DNA of 64,000 nucleotides from Octopus sinensis (taxonomy: Eukaryota): positions 9,548,001 through 9,612,000 of the forward strand of contig NC_043024.1 of assembly GCF_006345805.1 (NCBI RefSeq). The letters run 5' to 3'. The notes under the pieces were generated by a model. That model ran no database searches, was not told where the DNA came from, and worked only from the letters and a program-made list of their open reading frames with translations. Both the position numbers and the translations under genes were made by a program. Positions 39,265-51,667 of this stretch are shown here, piece by piece; the first letter of the stretch is position 1; every line of letters begins with the position of its first letter.

Positions 39265-40330
39265 AAGAAGGAGGCAAGCTGGCAGAAATGTTAGCACGCC
39301 GGACAAGATGCTTAGCCGTATTTCATCTGCCGTTACGTTCCGAGTTCAATTTCCGCCGAGGTCGACTTTGCCTTTCATCCTTCCGGGGTCGATAAATTAA
39401 GTACCAGTTACGCACTGGGGTTGATGTAATCGACTTAATCCGTTTGTCTGTCCTTGTTTGTCCCCTCTGTGTGTAGCCCCTTGTGGGCAGTAAAGAAATA
39501 ATTATTATTATTATTATCATTATCATTATTCTTATTATTATTACTATTATTATTATTATTATTATTATTATTTAATAAGGAGGCGAGCTGGCAGAATCGT
39601 TAGCACACTGGGCAAAATGCTTTGTGGTATTTCGTCTGCCACTACATTCCGAGTTCAAATTGCGCTGAGGTCGACTTTGCCTTTCATCCTTCCGGGGTCG
39701 ATAAATTAAGTACCAGTTACGCACTGGGGTTGATGTAATCGACTTAATCCATTTGTCTGTCCTTGTTTGTCCTCTCTGTGTTTAGCCCCTTGTGGGTTAT
39801 AAAAAAATAGGTATTTTGTCTGCCGCTACATTCTGAATTCAAATACTGCTAAGGTCGACTTTGCCTTTCATCCTTTCGGGGTCAATTAAATAAGTACCAG
39901 TTACACACTGGGATCGATATAATCGACTTAATCCGTTTGTTTGTCCCCTCTGTGTTTAGCCCCTTGTGGGCAGTAAAGAAATAAGTATTTCATCTGCCGC
40001 TACATTCCGAATTCAAATTTCGCTGAGGTCGACTTTGCCTTTCATCCTTCCGGGGTCGATAAATTAAGTACCAGTTACACACTGGGGTCGATGTAATCGA
40101 CTTAATCTGTGTGTCTGTCCTTGTTTGTCCTCTCTGTGTTTAGCCCCTTGTGGGTAGTAAGGAAATAGGTATTTCGTCTGCAGTTACGTTCTGAGTTCAA
40201 ATTGCACTGAGGTCGACTTTGCCTTTCATCTTTTTGGCGGGGGCCGATGAAATAAGTACCAGTTATGTACTGGGGTCAACGTGATTGACTAGCCCCCTTC
40301 CCCCCAAAATTTTCAAGGCCTTAATCCTCT
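39265..40330 (+). mobile_element. head-to-tail array of ~5 family B SINE copies
   Basis: Unit ..GTTC(T/C)GAGTTCAAATT..GAGGTCGACTTTGCCTTTCATCCTT(T/C)CGGGGTCGATAAATTAAGTACCAG..(AAAGAAATA); central segment resembles the Meta-SINE domain. Other clusters 16845-17200, 19175-19560, 36835-37240; single copies about 4425-4630, 61085-61220, 63305-63465 (-). Confidence 0.88.
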
Positions 40331-40850
40331 TCTTTCAGTTTTTTTTCCATTTTTACCCAAGTGTCTTCTCGACACCTTGGGCAAAGAAACTCACCGTATA
40401 CATTGGTGGGCCATTGAAATAAACACACCAGATTTTTCATTTACAAACTCATGTGACTGAAAAAAAAAAGGGGGAAGAAAGACAGAAAGAAAAAGGAAAG
40501 AAGAATAAAAAAAACCCGAATGAAATCAAAGGAAAAGGAAAGAAAATTCAGCAACAATGCTCTTCTCAGTACGTGTGATGTACCAGTTAAGACAATCTTT
40601 TACCCTGCATGAGTTGTTGAGTATTGCTGCCTGGGAGATATCTTATGGGAGTAGAATAGTATTTTAACAGCTATTTCTAAATTTCAGTATGTGAAGCAAA
40701 TTTTTGCTGAACCCTAATTATAATTATGCTCATAATTATAGAATTTTTGTATATATATATGCCGGAGTAAACACATAAATGTGAAACAAGGTGGAAAAAA
40801 GAATACTCAAATACCAGGGGTAGAGTAATATGCTTTATTTAATAGCAGCA

Positions 40851-40885
40851 CTGAGTTTCACGATCCCGTTCATCGGACAGTTTTT
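40851..40885 (-). ncRNA. partial hammerhead core (stem III 3' half and stem I partner missing)
   Basis: Minus strand AAAAACTGT CCGATGA ACG-GGAT-CGT GAAA CTCAG; shares the CCGANGA core and GAAACTCAG with the 10.7 kb motif. Confidence 0.45.
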
Positions 40886-40965
40886 GTTAAAATAAAGTAT
40901 ATATATATTTTGTATATAAAGTATATATATAAAATAAAGTATATATATATTTTGTTTAAATAAAG

Positions 40966-40996
<31 letters not shown>

Positions 40997-42529
40997 TCAT
41001 CATCATCATCATCATTAACGTCTGCTTTCCATGCTAGCATGGGTTGGACGATTTGACTGAGGTCTGGCGAACCAGACTCCAATCTGATCTGGCAGTGTTT
41101 CTACAGTTGGATGCCCTTCCTAATGCCAACCACTCCAAGAGTGTAGTGGGTGCTTTTACGTGCCACCGGCATGAGGGCCAGTTTGGTGGTACTGGCAACA
41201 GCCACGTCCAAATGGTGCTTTTTACGTGCCACCTGCACAGGAGCCAGTCCAGCGGCACTAGCGACAACCTCGCTCAAATGTTTCAAGTGCCACCAACACA
41301 AGTACTAGTAAGGGGACGTGGTAACGATCACGCTCGAATGGTGTGCTTAACGTGCCATCGGCATGAAGGCCAGCTTCATGCTGATATATATATATAGGTG
41401 CAGGAGTGGCTGTGTGGTAAGTAGCTTGCTAACCAACCACATGGTTCCGGGTTCAGTCCCACTGCGTGGCATCTTGGGCAAGTGTCTTCTGCTATAGCCG
41501 ACCAATGCCTTGTGAGTGGATTTGGTAGATGGAAACTGAAAGAAGCCTGTCATATATTTGTATATATGTATGTGTGTGTGTGGGGGTTTGTGTGTCTGTG
41601 TTTGTCCCCCTAGCATTGCTTGACAACCGATGCTGGTGTGTTTACATCCCTGTCACTTAGCAGTTCGGCAAAAGAGACCGCTAGGATAAGTACTGGGCTT
41701 ACAAAGAATAAGTCCCGGGGTCGATTTTGCTTGACTAAAGGCAGTGCTCCAGCATGGCCGCAGTCAAATGACTGAAACAAGTAAAAGAGTAAAAGAGAGA
41801 GTAAAGAGTATATATATATATATGTTGTGGATTAAGATGAACAATTATTCATATTCCTGAAAGTCTTTTGGATGTGTAAATTCTTACCACAGAACTTTTC
41901 CGTGTAAATGCCAGAAGAACAAAGCACCAGTCTGAGATCCCAGAAAACAAATCAACTCTCTTTTACTCTTTTACTTCTTTCAGTCATTTGACTGCGGCCA
42001 TGCTGGAGCACCGCCTTTAATCGAGCAACTCAACCCCGGGACTTATTCTTTTGTAAGCCCAGTACTTATTCTATCGGTCTCTTTTACCAAACCCGCTAAG
42101 TGACAGGGACATAAACACACCAGCATCGGTTGTCAAGCAATGCTAGAGGGACAAACACAGACACACAAACACACATACACACACACATACATATATATAT
42201 ATACATATATATGACGGACTTCTTTCAGTTTCCGTCTACCAAATCCACTCACAAGGCATTGGTCGGCCCGGGGCTATAGTAGATGACACTTGCCCAAGGT
42301 GCCACGCAGTGGGACTGAACCCGGAACCATGTGGTTGGTAAACAAGCTAATGCCAACCAATATAAGCAGTTTACAGTTGTGATGGCCATCACTCTGCATG
42401 ACAGAGAGTTGAGGACAAGAACTGCCATGCTGTGTCTGACCCCTTAATCACAATTAGGAGACATATAATAGTGGAATTGCTTCCAAAGGAGAGAAAGAAA
42501 GACCTTAACTTTTGTTTGCTCACAGCAGC

Positions 42530-43096
42530 CATATTCCTACCGCTCTATGTCACGCTGGTGAGACCCATATTAAAGTACGGGATTCAAGCCTCTTCTCCTT
42601 ATCTCCTCAAAGACATACAGCATCTCGAAAGAGTCCAGAAGCTGGCTACCCGCATGGTTCTTGGTCTCAAGCATTTGTCTTATGAAGAAAGGCTGAAGAC
42701 ACTCGACCTTTATTCTCTAGAAAAACGACAACGCCGTGGTGATCTCATTCTTGCTCACAACATCATAAGTGGAAAGTGTAACCTCTCAAAAGAGCTGTTC
42801 TTCACTCCTGCTCCAGAGCGTCGGCTGCGGGGTCACTCCGAAAAGCTCTATCTGCCACGATTTCATCTCAATCGAAGGAGAGGGGCTTTCTATGTCTGGG
42901 TTGCGGATCCGTGGAATAAGCTGCCGGACGAGATAGCGAAGATGCCGACGACCGCTCGGTTCAAAGTCTCTCTTGACCAGAAATGGCCTGAACTCTTTGC
43001 ATGAACACCCTCCCTGTACATAACTCCATGTCCCCCTACATGGCCTTGCTTTTTGCTTTTTGAGCCAAAAAATTAACTAACTTAACTTAACTTAAC
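42530..43096 (+). mobile_element. 5'-truncated CR1-group LINE 3' end
   Basis: LYVTLVRPILKYG..LERVQKLATRMV..YEERLKTLDLYSLEKRQRRGDLI..RGHSEKL..WNKLP; 3' UTR ending in (AACTT)n. Reverse copy about 57390-57780. Confidence 0.92.
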
Positions 43097-45029
43097 AAGG
43101 GACCAAGAGGGTTTAAAGAGAGCAGCCTAGAAGCATCACTCTAAGTCCACCAGAAATACTGAAATGATTTTGAATTTAGCTAAAGTCACACATGATGAAA
43201 CCTTTAGGGATTGGTTGAAATTGCCGAAATGCAAGAAATTAAACAACAAATATCTTACAAACTACAGAATTTTCTCAAGAAAGCCAAGAGAAAAAGATGT
43301 TTTATAAACACATTCTACCAGTATAGGAAGTCAAGTTTACTGAAAATTGGATAAATGTCGCAAGAATGGCCAGTATGAAAGGAGCCATTCTGAGGATACA
43401 CCTGTAATTAAAAAGGTAATATAAAAGGAGAAAGGGGCTCTCTACCCCACTTTTGACCGGTGCTGGTGTGTTTATGTCCCCGTAACTTAGCGGTTCGGCC
43501 AAAAGAGACCGATAGAATAAGTACTGGGCTTACAAAGAATAAGTCCCGGGGTCGATTTGCTCGACTAAAGGCGGTGCTCCAGCATGGCCGCAGTCAAATG
43601 ACTGAAACAAGTAAAAGAGTAAAAGAGTATATATTTTAGATTCTAAAGTTTAAAATCTAAAATAAATAAATAATTATAGAATCTGAACATTTCCTTGAGG
43701 GAGGTTTAAGTGTCTAATTGCGTGGGTAACGTTACTCGATCGTAGTCTTTTTACTGGACCCTTCACAATTTGTCCTATTAAAACATTTGTAAACTTTCGG
43801 TATTTTCCGTAAAATTTAAAGAGAGAGAAGGGGAGAAAGGAAGAAAGAGAGAGAGAAAAGAGCGAGGTGTAAGAAAAAGAAATAAAGATATAGTGAGAGA
43901 GTGTGGGCAAGAGAGAGAGCTATGAATATAGTGAGAGGAGGAGGAAAAGATTATGTAATTATATAGAGAGAGATAGACAGGCAGTAAGAGATACAGAGGT
44001 AAAGAGAGAGGTAGAGAGATATGGAGATATAAAGAGGGTATGAGATAGAGATACAGAGACAGAAAGAGTGGGAGTGAGTAAGAGATAGAGAGATAGAAAG
44101 AAGATGTGAGAGAAATATCTACAGAGAAGGTAGAGGGTACATAGAGAGTAAAAGAGTGATGGAGAGAGGCACATAGACGGGATGTTAGAAAGACAGATAC
44201 AGAAGAAGAGGGTGTGAGAGAGAGAAATACTAGGATAGTGAAAGAGGGTTAAAGAGAAAAAGATAAAGAGACAGGGAAAGGTGTAAGAGAGAGAGAGAGA
44301 GTGACACAAATTGTAAGAAAAGGAAGAGAGAAAGACAGACAAAGAGAGAGCGTATCTGTGTGTAAGAGAGAGACAGTAAGAAGTGTAGGAGGGAAAGTAG
44401 AACCGACAGTAAGGGGGAGATAAAGAGTGAGAGTGAGAGTGAGTAAGAGGATGACAAAGAGAAAGAAATAGAATGAGAGAGGATGTAAGAGAGAGATGAG
44501 GCTGTGAATAAAAAGTGATAGCGAGAGGTGTAAGAGAGAGAGAGAGAGACGTATACAAAGAGGGGGTTGGAGATGAAAAGTGAGAGAGATAGAGAGACAA
44601 ATAGAGGAAAATATAAAGAGTAATAGTGAGAGGGTGACGTTCTCTCCGACAACGCCACGTTCGATATCGGAACCAGTGTCGTAAGTGAACCGAACGCGGA
44701 GATGTGGAGAACTATTTTTTAAAAAATTCTTTTAAAGTATTATTTTTTTTTACTTCTCTTACATAATATTTTATAATAACATTTAAATTACTTTTAATTA
44801 TATATTTTTGTATTATATTGCTAATAATTTAATTCATCTCTTTTATATTTCGATACATTTTTTTCAAACCTAAACCATTTTCAACCTCAATACTTGTTTT
44901 TATATGTTTTTTCCCTTCTGATTTTCTTTCAGACATTATGAATATGTATCCTTCACATATCTTATAGAACACAAAGAGTTTATTATCCGAGAGAGAGAGA
45001 GATAGACTTTGAAACCTTTGCTGCTATTT

Positions 45030-45177
45030 CTAGCAGACCCGACCCGAACGATCGGCCTGCCCTTCCCTCCACGTCGCGGCTGTTGCTGGTTGTGCGTGTG
45101 TGAGTGTACACGCTTCCGGAATAATTCGTTGTTTTCCGTCCATTTCCGACAACAACAAGAAACCAGACGTCGCTAAG
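45030..45177 (+). promoter_or_regulatory. CpG-rich promoter/5' UTR of the UIF/ALYREF-like gene
   Basis: CpG-dense unique sequence; YY1-like AAGATGGC overlaps the start codon and recurs at about 45359. Confidence 0.55.
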
Positions 45178-45205
45178 ATGGCCGATAAGATCGACATGTC
45201 CCTGG
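45178..45205 (+). CDS. UAP56-binding-motif mRNA export adaptor (FYTTD1/UIF- or ALYREF-like), exon 1
   Basis: MADKIDMSL, phase-1 donor G|GTGAG; joined to 58981 gives MADKIDMSLDEIIKLN, the N-terminal UBM (ALYREF MADKMDMSLDDIIKLN; FYTTD1 DKIDMSLDDIIKLN). Confidence 0.88.
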
Positions 45206-45410
45206 GTGAGTCCAGCCTTTTATATCCGTCTTTTTTATATACACCCACTGCTTTTCTCCACAAATATTTCACTGAATTATCTACACAAATGTATGTATAA
45301 TCCACCCGTGCTACCCTTTATCCACACATAAAGCGAGATATCTGTATATATACCCTGTAAGATGGCGTGGTAGCGACGTTTCGTGGCCGTTGTTTATTTA
45401 ACAATCTCCT

Positions 45411-46307
45411 AATATAAACATTCTCTGCCTTTGTATGGCAAACATTTGATTAAAAAAGGATCCGACCGTGACTATCCCCTCTTTAAGGACCCCTCAATGT
45501 CTTTTTTCGGGTTTTTATTGACATTTTTACCTTCAATTTACGGTCTAACTTGGGGTAGATTTGACTGCTATTTCTAGCAGATCCAGCCACAACACAAGAT
45601 ACCCTAGGATACATAACGACATTCCAACCGTGATCGTCCCGCCTGGGACGATCACGGTTGTGGACCTTTCTTGTTTAGCCCTAGGTCAGTCTGTCATGAT
45701 TTAGGAGACGGATATGATCACAGGCAATCCAACCGTGACTACACACGCCGTAATATAAACATTCTCTGCCTTTGTAAGGCAAGCATATGATTAAAAAAGG
45801 TTCCAACCGTGACTATCCCCTCTTTAAGGACCCCTCAATGTCTTTTTTCGGGTTTTTATTTACATTTTTACCTTCAATTTACGGTGTAACTTGGGGTAGA
45901 TTTGACTGCTATTTCTAGCAGATCCAGCCACAACACAAGATTCCCCTGGAGACATAATCAACGCCATTCCAACCGTGATCGTCCCGCCTGGGACGATCAC
46001 GGTTGGACCATTATTGTTCTGTCCTGATTTAGGAGACGGATATGATCACAGGCAATCCAACCGTGACTACGCACGCCGTAATATAAACATTCTCTGCCTT
46101 TGTAAGGCAAGCATATGATCAAAAACGATCCAACCGTGACTATCCCCTCAAGATTCCCCTGGAGACATAATCAACGCCATTCCAACCGTGGTCATCCCGC
46201 CTGGGACGATCACGGTTGGACCATTATTGTTTAGCCCTAGGTCAGTCTGTCCTGATTTAGGAGACGGATATGATCACAGGCAATCCAACCGTGACCACGC
46301 ACGCCAC
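45411..46307. repeat. tandem array of a ~340-bp unit (2 full + 1 internally deleted), each with a 16-18 bp hairpin
   Basis: AATATAAACATTCTCTGCC at 45411, 45752, 46080; hairpin (TC)CAACCGTGATCGTCCC-GCCT-GGGACGATCACGGTTG(GA) at 45625-45660, 45968-46007, 46181-46220; inverted diverged copy about 49620-49935. Confidence 0.92.
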
Positions 46308-46453
46308 TTCTGTGTATTGTTGGTTCTGTTGACGTAAACTGTTGTGAATCCGTCTTTGTCTATAGTAATGTTAGTTCTAATTACGCTAGTGTGGTCCAAC
46401 TATGACCATCACGTTTAAGACTACATTATACAATGTGCGGTACTACTACTTAA

Positions 46454-46615
46454 GAAGAGTGGTCCCGGTGCGCGCATCCGCGCTAGCTAGTCGTGACTAG
46501 TCGATCCTACAACGACTACTTAGCAAAGTAAATAAAACAAAAACACAAAGTAAGGATCGACTAGTCACGACTAGCTAGCGCGGATGCGCGAGTGCGCGCA
46601 CCGGGACCACTCTTC
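46454..46615. mobile_element. GC-rich foldback MITE flanked by TTAA (Kolobok-like termini)
   Basis: TTAA at 46450-46453 and 46616-46619; arms 46454-46508 and 46553-46615 (8-nt extra in the right arm); termini GA..TC. Confidence 0.6.
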
Positions 46616-48569
46616 TTAAGTGGTACCGGCCTTAGGTCTATCTGTCTGTCCTTCTTAAGAGACAAAATCAAAGATGGTCCAACTATGACCCATCACGCCT
46701 AAGACTACATTATACAATGTGCAATATTATTATTTAACCACGGGTCTATCCTGATCGAGTAGACCAATGGTGAAAGACATTCCAGGCGTGACCATTTCAT
46801 CAGTATCTAAGATTACAGTATCAAATATGTCCATTTCTTTGTGAATGCAGGGTTTGAGTACATGGGGAATTAGTTGCCATTTCTAGCAGACCCACCAACC
46901 AGGAAGAGTCTTCTGGTGTCAGCTATCATCCATGTTCAATGACATTACCAGCCATGACCCTCCTATCTTCGTCCATTGTAGAATTGTAGTAGTTTTTGCT
47001 AAATGCATCAGTGTAATCACTTGCTGTTGTTTAGCCCTCGGTTGGCCCTACTTGAGTAGATCTATTATCAAAGGCGTTCTAGTCGTAGCCATCCCAAGAC
47101 CACATTAAGAAGAGATTGTGTGATTGAAGGAAAATTTGGTTGCTATTTCCTGTAGATCAAATGAACCACATAGGTGTCTTATTGGCTGAAGTACAATGTG
47201 GTGGTGTTGCTTAGCCCCTGGTCAGTGCTGGTCGATCATATCCTTAGGGCTCTCTTGTAGATTATCACCGTCATTGTTTAACGTCCGCTTTCCATGCTAG
47301 CATGGGTTGGATGATTTGACTGAGGACTGGCGAACCAGATGGCTGCACCAGGCTCCAATCTTGATCTGGCAGAGTTTCTACAGCTGGATGCCCTTCCTAA
47401 TGCCAACCACTCCGAGAGTGTAGTGAGTGCTTTTACATGCCACCAGCACGGGGGCCAGTCAGGCAGTACTGGCAATGACCTCGCTTGAATCTTTTTACAC
47501 ATGCCACCGGCACTGGTGCCATTGAAGCGACGTTGGTAATGATCACGCTCAAATGGTGCCCTTTTACATGCCACTGACACGGAAGCCAGTTAGCCGCTCT
47601 GGCAACAATCACGCTCAGATGGTGCTCTTAGCACCCTACTAGCACAGGGCACAAGTGCCAGTAAGGCGACGCTGGTAACAATCACGCTCGAATGGTACCC
47701 TTTAAGTTCCACTGGCACAGAAGCCACTCAGCCACTCTGTCAACGATCACACTCGTATGGTGCTCTTTGCACCCCGCTAGCAAGGGTGCCAAAAATCACA
47801 AAATTCACAACTTGCAAAGTAAACACAACAGTGTCACTCAGCACATGGCCTCATGAAGGTCCCTGCTAGCTCTTACTGTGAACACAACCATATGTTGCCC
47901 TCTGTTTCTGCGCTTCAGAACTAGTGTGGGGAACTTTTTGATACCACCTCATAAAACTGCTGCACTCGGAACGGATCAGTATTCACCAGAAACTTGTCTA
48001 TAAAAGAAGAGTTGAATTATTTCTGTTGATCGGGAAATTTCATTTAAGGACATAGAACAAAAGCAACAGAGTATATTTGATCATCATCATCATCATCGTT
48101 TAACGTCCGGTTTCCATGCTAGCATGGGTTAGACGGTTCAACCGGGGTCTGGGAAGCCAGGAGGCTGCTCCAGTCTGATCTGGCAGTGTTTCTACAGCTG
48201 GATGCCCTTCCTAATGCCAACCACTCCGTGAGTGCAGTGGATGCTTTTTACATGCCACCAGCACAGGTGCCAGGCGAGGCTGGCAACAGCCACGATAGGT
48301 TGGTGCTTTTTACTTGCCACCAGCATGAAGGCCATTCGAGGTGGCGCTGGCAATGGCCACGTGCCGCATGAAGATATAATATATATCTCATTATTGTCAT
48401 CTTAATGTTCATTTTTCCAAGCTTGAATGGGTTACATGGAACTTGTTGAGTCAGATTTTCTACAGCCATATGATACCCCTTGCCCTTCCTGTCAGCAATC
48501 CTCCCCTATTTCCAGACAAGCTAATATATATCTAAAGCCAGGCAGGTTTTCCGTGGGAGACAAGAAATA

Positions 48570-48811
48570 CCGTAAATCCTCGAGTATAATCAGCATTTTT
48601 TTCCCAAAATTTAACGGTCAAAATCACCATTATTGTATTACACATGCGTGGAAGTGTTTGTTCGACTAGGTGCTGCTAGCTTAATTACGCACAACTCAAG
48701 TTAGAGAAGGCGTGCGTATTATACACAAGGTTTAGGGTTTTCAGAGGTACAACCCCCTAAAAATCCCCTGCGTATTATACTCAAGGGCGAACCATACTCG
48801 AGGATTTAGGG
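48570..48811. mobile_element. Tc1/mariner (pogo/Tigger-like) MITE
   Basis: TA|CCGTAAATCCTCGAGTAT ... ATACTCGAGGATTTAGGG|TA; 18-bp TIR with 1 mismatch, TA TSD. Confidence 0.75.
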
Positions 48812-50079
48812 TAAGCAATGTTGTTTCTATGATGGTGGTGTGGAGGCACAATGGCCCAGTGGTTAGGGCAGCGGACTCGTCGTTTCGATTCCCAGACCGG
48901 GCGTTGTGAGTGTTTATTGAGCGAAAACACCTAAAGCTCCACGAGGCTCCGGCTGGGAATGGTGGTGATCCCTGCTGTACTCTTTCACCACAACTTTCTC
49001 TCACTCTTACTTCCTGTTTCTGTTGTACCTGTAATTCAAGGGGCCGGCCTTGTCACTCTCTGTGTCACGCTGAATATCCTCGAGAACTACGTTAAGGGTG
49101 CACGTGTCTGTGGAGTGCTCAGCCACTTACACGTTAATTTCACGAGCAGGCTGTTCCGTTGATTCGGATCAACCGGAACCCTCATCGTCGTAACCGACGG
49201 AGTGCTGCCATCCATCTATGATGGTGATACTCCTTTACAACCATCACGTGATGTCTTGACAAGGGTTCACACATACACACACCTCATCACCACTGTCTTT
49301 CTCCTTGAAGATACCTCTAATTCATTCTCTACTCATAATTGTGAGTAGCCATGTGGCTTCCCTACAATAAGGACCTGCTTTACCCTCAACCTCTTCCCTC
49401 ACATTTTAACCCCTATTTAACATACACAGACAACTTCCTCCCTCCTTGGGGTTTGTTGACTTGTCTGTGACATGGTGACCTCAATAATGTTGATGCCATG
49501 CAAAAACGCATCCAGTACACACTTTGAAGTGGTTGGCATTAGGAAGGGCATCCAGCTGTAGAAATAATACTAAACCAAACGGCTGGATAATCTCTCCAGC
49601 TTATAAGCTCTGGCCATATGTTCTAACCCATTGCCTGTGATCATATACGTCTCCTAAATCAGGACAGACTGACCTAGGGCTAAACAATAACGGTCCAACT
49701 GTGATCACGCCAGGCGGGATGATCACGGTTAGAATGTCGCTGATTATGTATCCTAGAGAATCTTGTGTTGTGGCTGGATCTGCTAGAAATAGCAGTCGAA
49801 TCTACCTCAAGTTACACCGTGACTTGAAGGTAAAAATGTAAATAAAAAAACTGTAAAAAGACATTGAGGGGGTCCTTAAAAAGGGGATAGTCATGGTTGG
49901 ATCTTTTTTTAATCAAATGCTTGCCATACAAAGTTAAATAATGACATGCATATAATGGGCTTCCTTTAGTTTCCATTTGCCAAATCCACCCACCAGGATT
50001 TAGTTAGCCCAGGGCTATGGTAAAACATATTTGGGAAGCAAACTGCCCAACCACACAGCTACACCTGCTTATATATATA

Positions 50080-50200
50080 TCTATTATATAAAATCCGTTC
50101 TGTCTGTCTGTGTGTCTTCTAGGATCTTGGGCATCCTCCATCCGATTGTGCTCAAATTTGATATGTAGATACCGACGGTATCAGGGCGTGTATAAGTCTC
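50080..50200 (+). mobile_element. 5' end of a non-autonomous Helitron, interrupted by a SINE
   Basis: A|TCTATTATATAAAAT..(CTGT)n start similar to the 3389 element; 3' end not seen. Confidence 0.5.
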
Positions 50201-50996
50201 TCTTTTACTTGTTTCAGTCATGTGACTGTGGCCATGCTGGAGCACCACCTTTAGTCGATCAAATCGACCCCAGGACTTATTCTTTGTAAGCCTAGTACTC
50301 ATTTTATCGGTCTCTTTTTTGCCGAGCCGCTAAGTTACGGGGACGTAAACACACCAGCATCGGTTGTCAAGCAATGTCGGAGGGCCAAACACAGACACGC
50401 ACATGCATATATGTATATACATACATATATACGACGGGCTTCTTTCAGTTTCCGTCTACCAAATCCACTCAGAAGGCTTTGGTCGGCCCGAGGCTATAGT
50501 AGAAGACACTTGCCCAAGGTGTCACGCAGTGGGACTGAACCCTGAACCATGTGGTTCGTAAGCAAGCTACATACCACACAGCCACTCCTACGCCTTGAAA
50601 AGTCTTGGAAAAATTACAACAATCGATTCCAGGTGAGAATGCGATCGATAAAGCCATGGGAACGTACGTTTGTAAAATCGTTTTTCTTGGATATAAATTC
50701 TTTAGTTACTATAATTTATTAGTTTCTTTTGCATATTCTTAGTTTATGCATATGTATGCAAATATAGTATTGGTACATCCCATTTATACTCTTTACTCTT
50801 TTACTTGTTTCAGTCATTTGACTGCGGCCATGCTGGAGCACCTCCTTTAGTCGAGCAAATCGACCCCGGGACTTATTCTTTGTAAGCGCAGTACTTATTC
50901 TATCGGTCTCTTTTGCCGAACCGCTAAGTGACGGGGACGTAAACACCCCAGCATCAGTTGTCAAGCAATGCTAGGGGGACAAACACGGACGTACAA

Positions 50997-51033
<37 letters not shown>

Positions 51034-51562
51034 AATACGACAGGCTTCTTTCAGTTTCCGTCTACCAAATCCGCTCACAAGGCATTGGTCGGCCCGGGGC
51101 TATAGCAGAAGACACTTGCCCAAGATGCCACGCAGTGGGACTGAACCCGGAACCATGTGGTTGGTTAGCAAGCTACTTACCACACAGCCACTCCTGCGCC
51201 TATGTTCATTAGAAATTACATAAATAAAGAATTTTGACATGTACGAATATATATTTCTCCCCCACTGTATGTATATAAGAGCGCAGAAATGGCATTTAAA
51301 ATTTATGATATTTATGTTGTCATTTTTATTATTATGTCACACCTAGGGCCAACCCCAGAGTCATATTTATGGTTTATGGATTTGGTATTTGCATATCTAT
51401 AGTATCCTGCCAGTACTTGATTCCTTCATTGTTGTTTAATTCACTGTGAATTCTACGTTATTGATTCTAGCCATTTCTGGAAGCCTATGTGTGCATTGGT
51501 TCGACTGAATTCTTATAACTAATTCATATATATATAGGGAGAATTTACGAAAAAACAAAAAG

Positions 51563-51599
<37 letters not shown>

Positions 51600-51636
51600 C
51601 ATTTCCATGTGTAGTTTCTATTTTCTTTTTGTAACA

Positions 51637-51667
<31 letters not shown>

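Noticed and set aside
42432-43004. 190-aa ORF as a host gene
   Set aside because: It is the C-terminus of a 5'-truncated CR1-type LINE ORF2, with further copies in the window.
43185-43240. Hammerhead-like ATGATGA-AACC..GGTT-GAAA
   Set aside because: C3 missing, no UH site, no stem I partner; part of the MITE-internal sequence.
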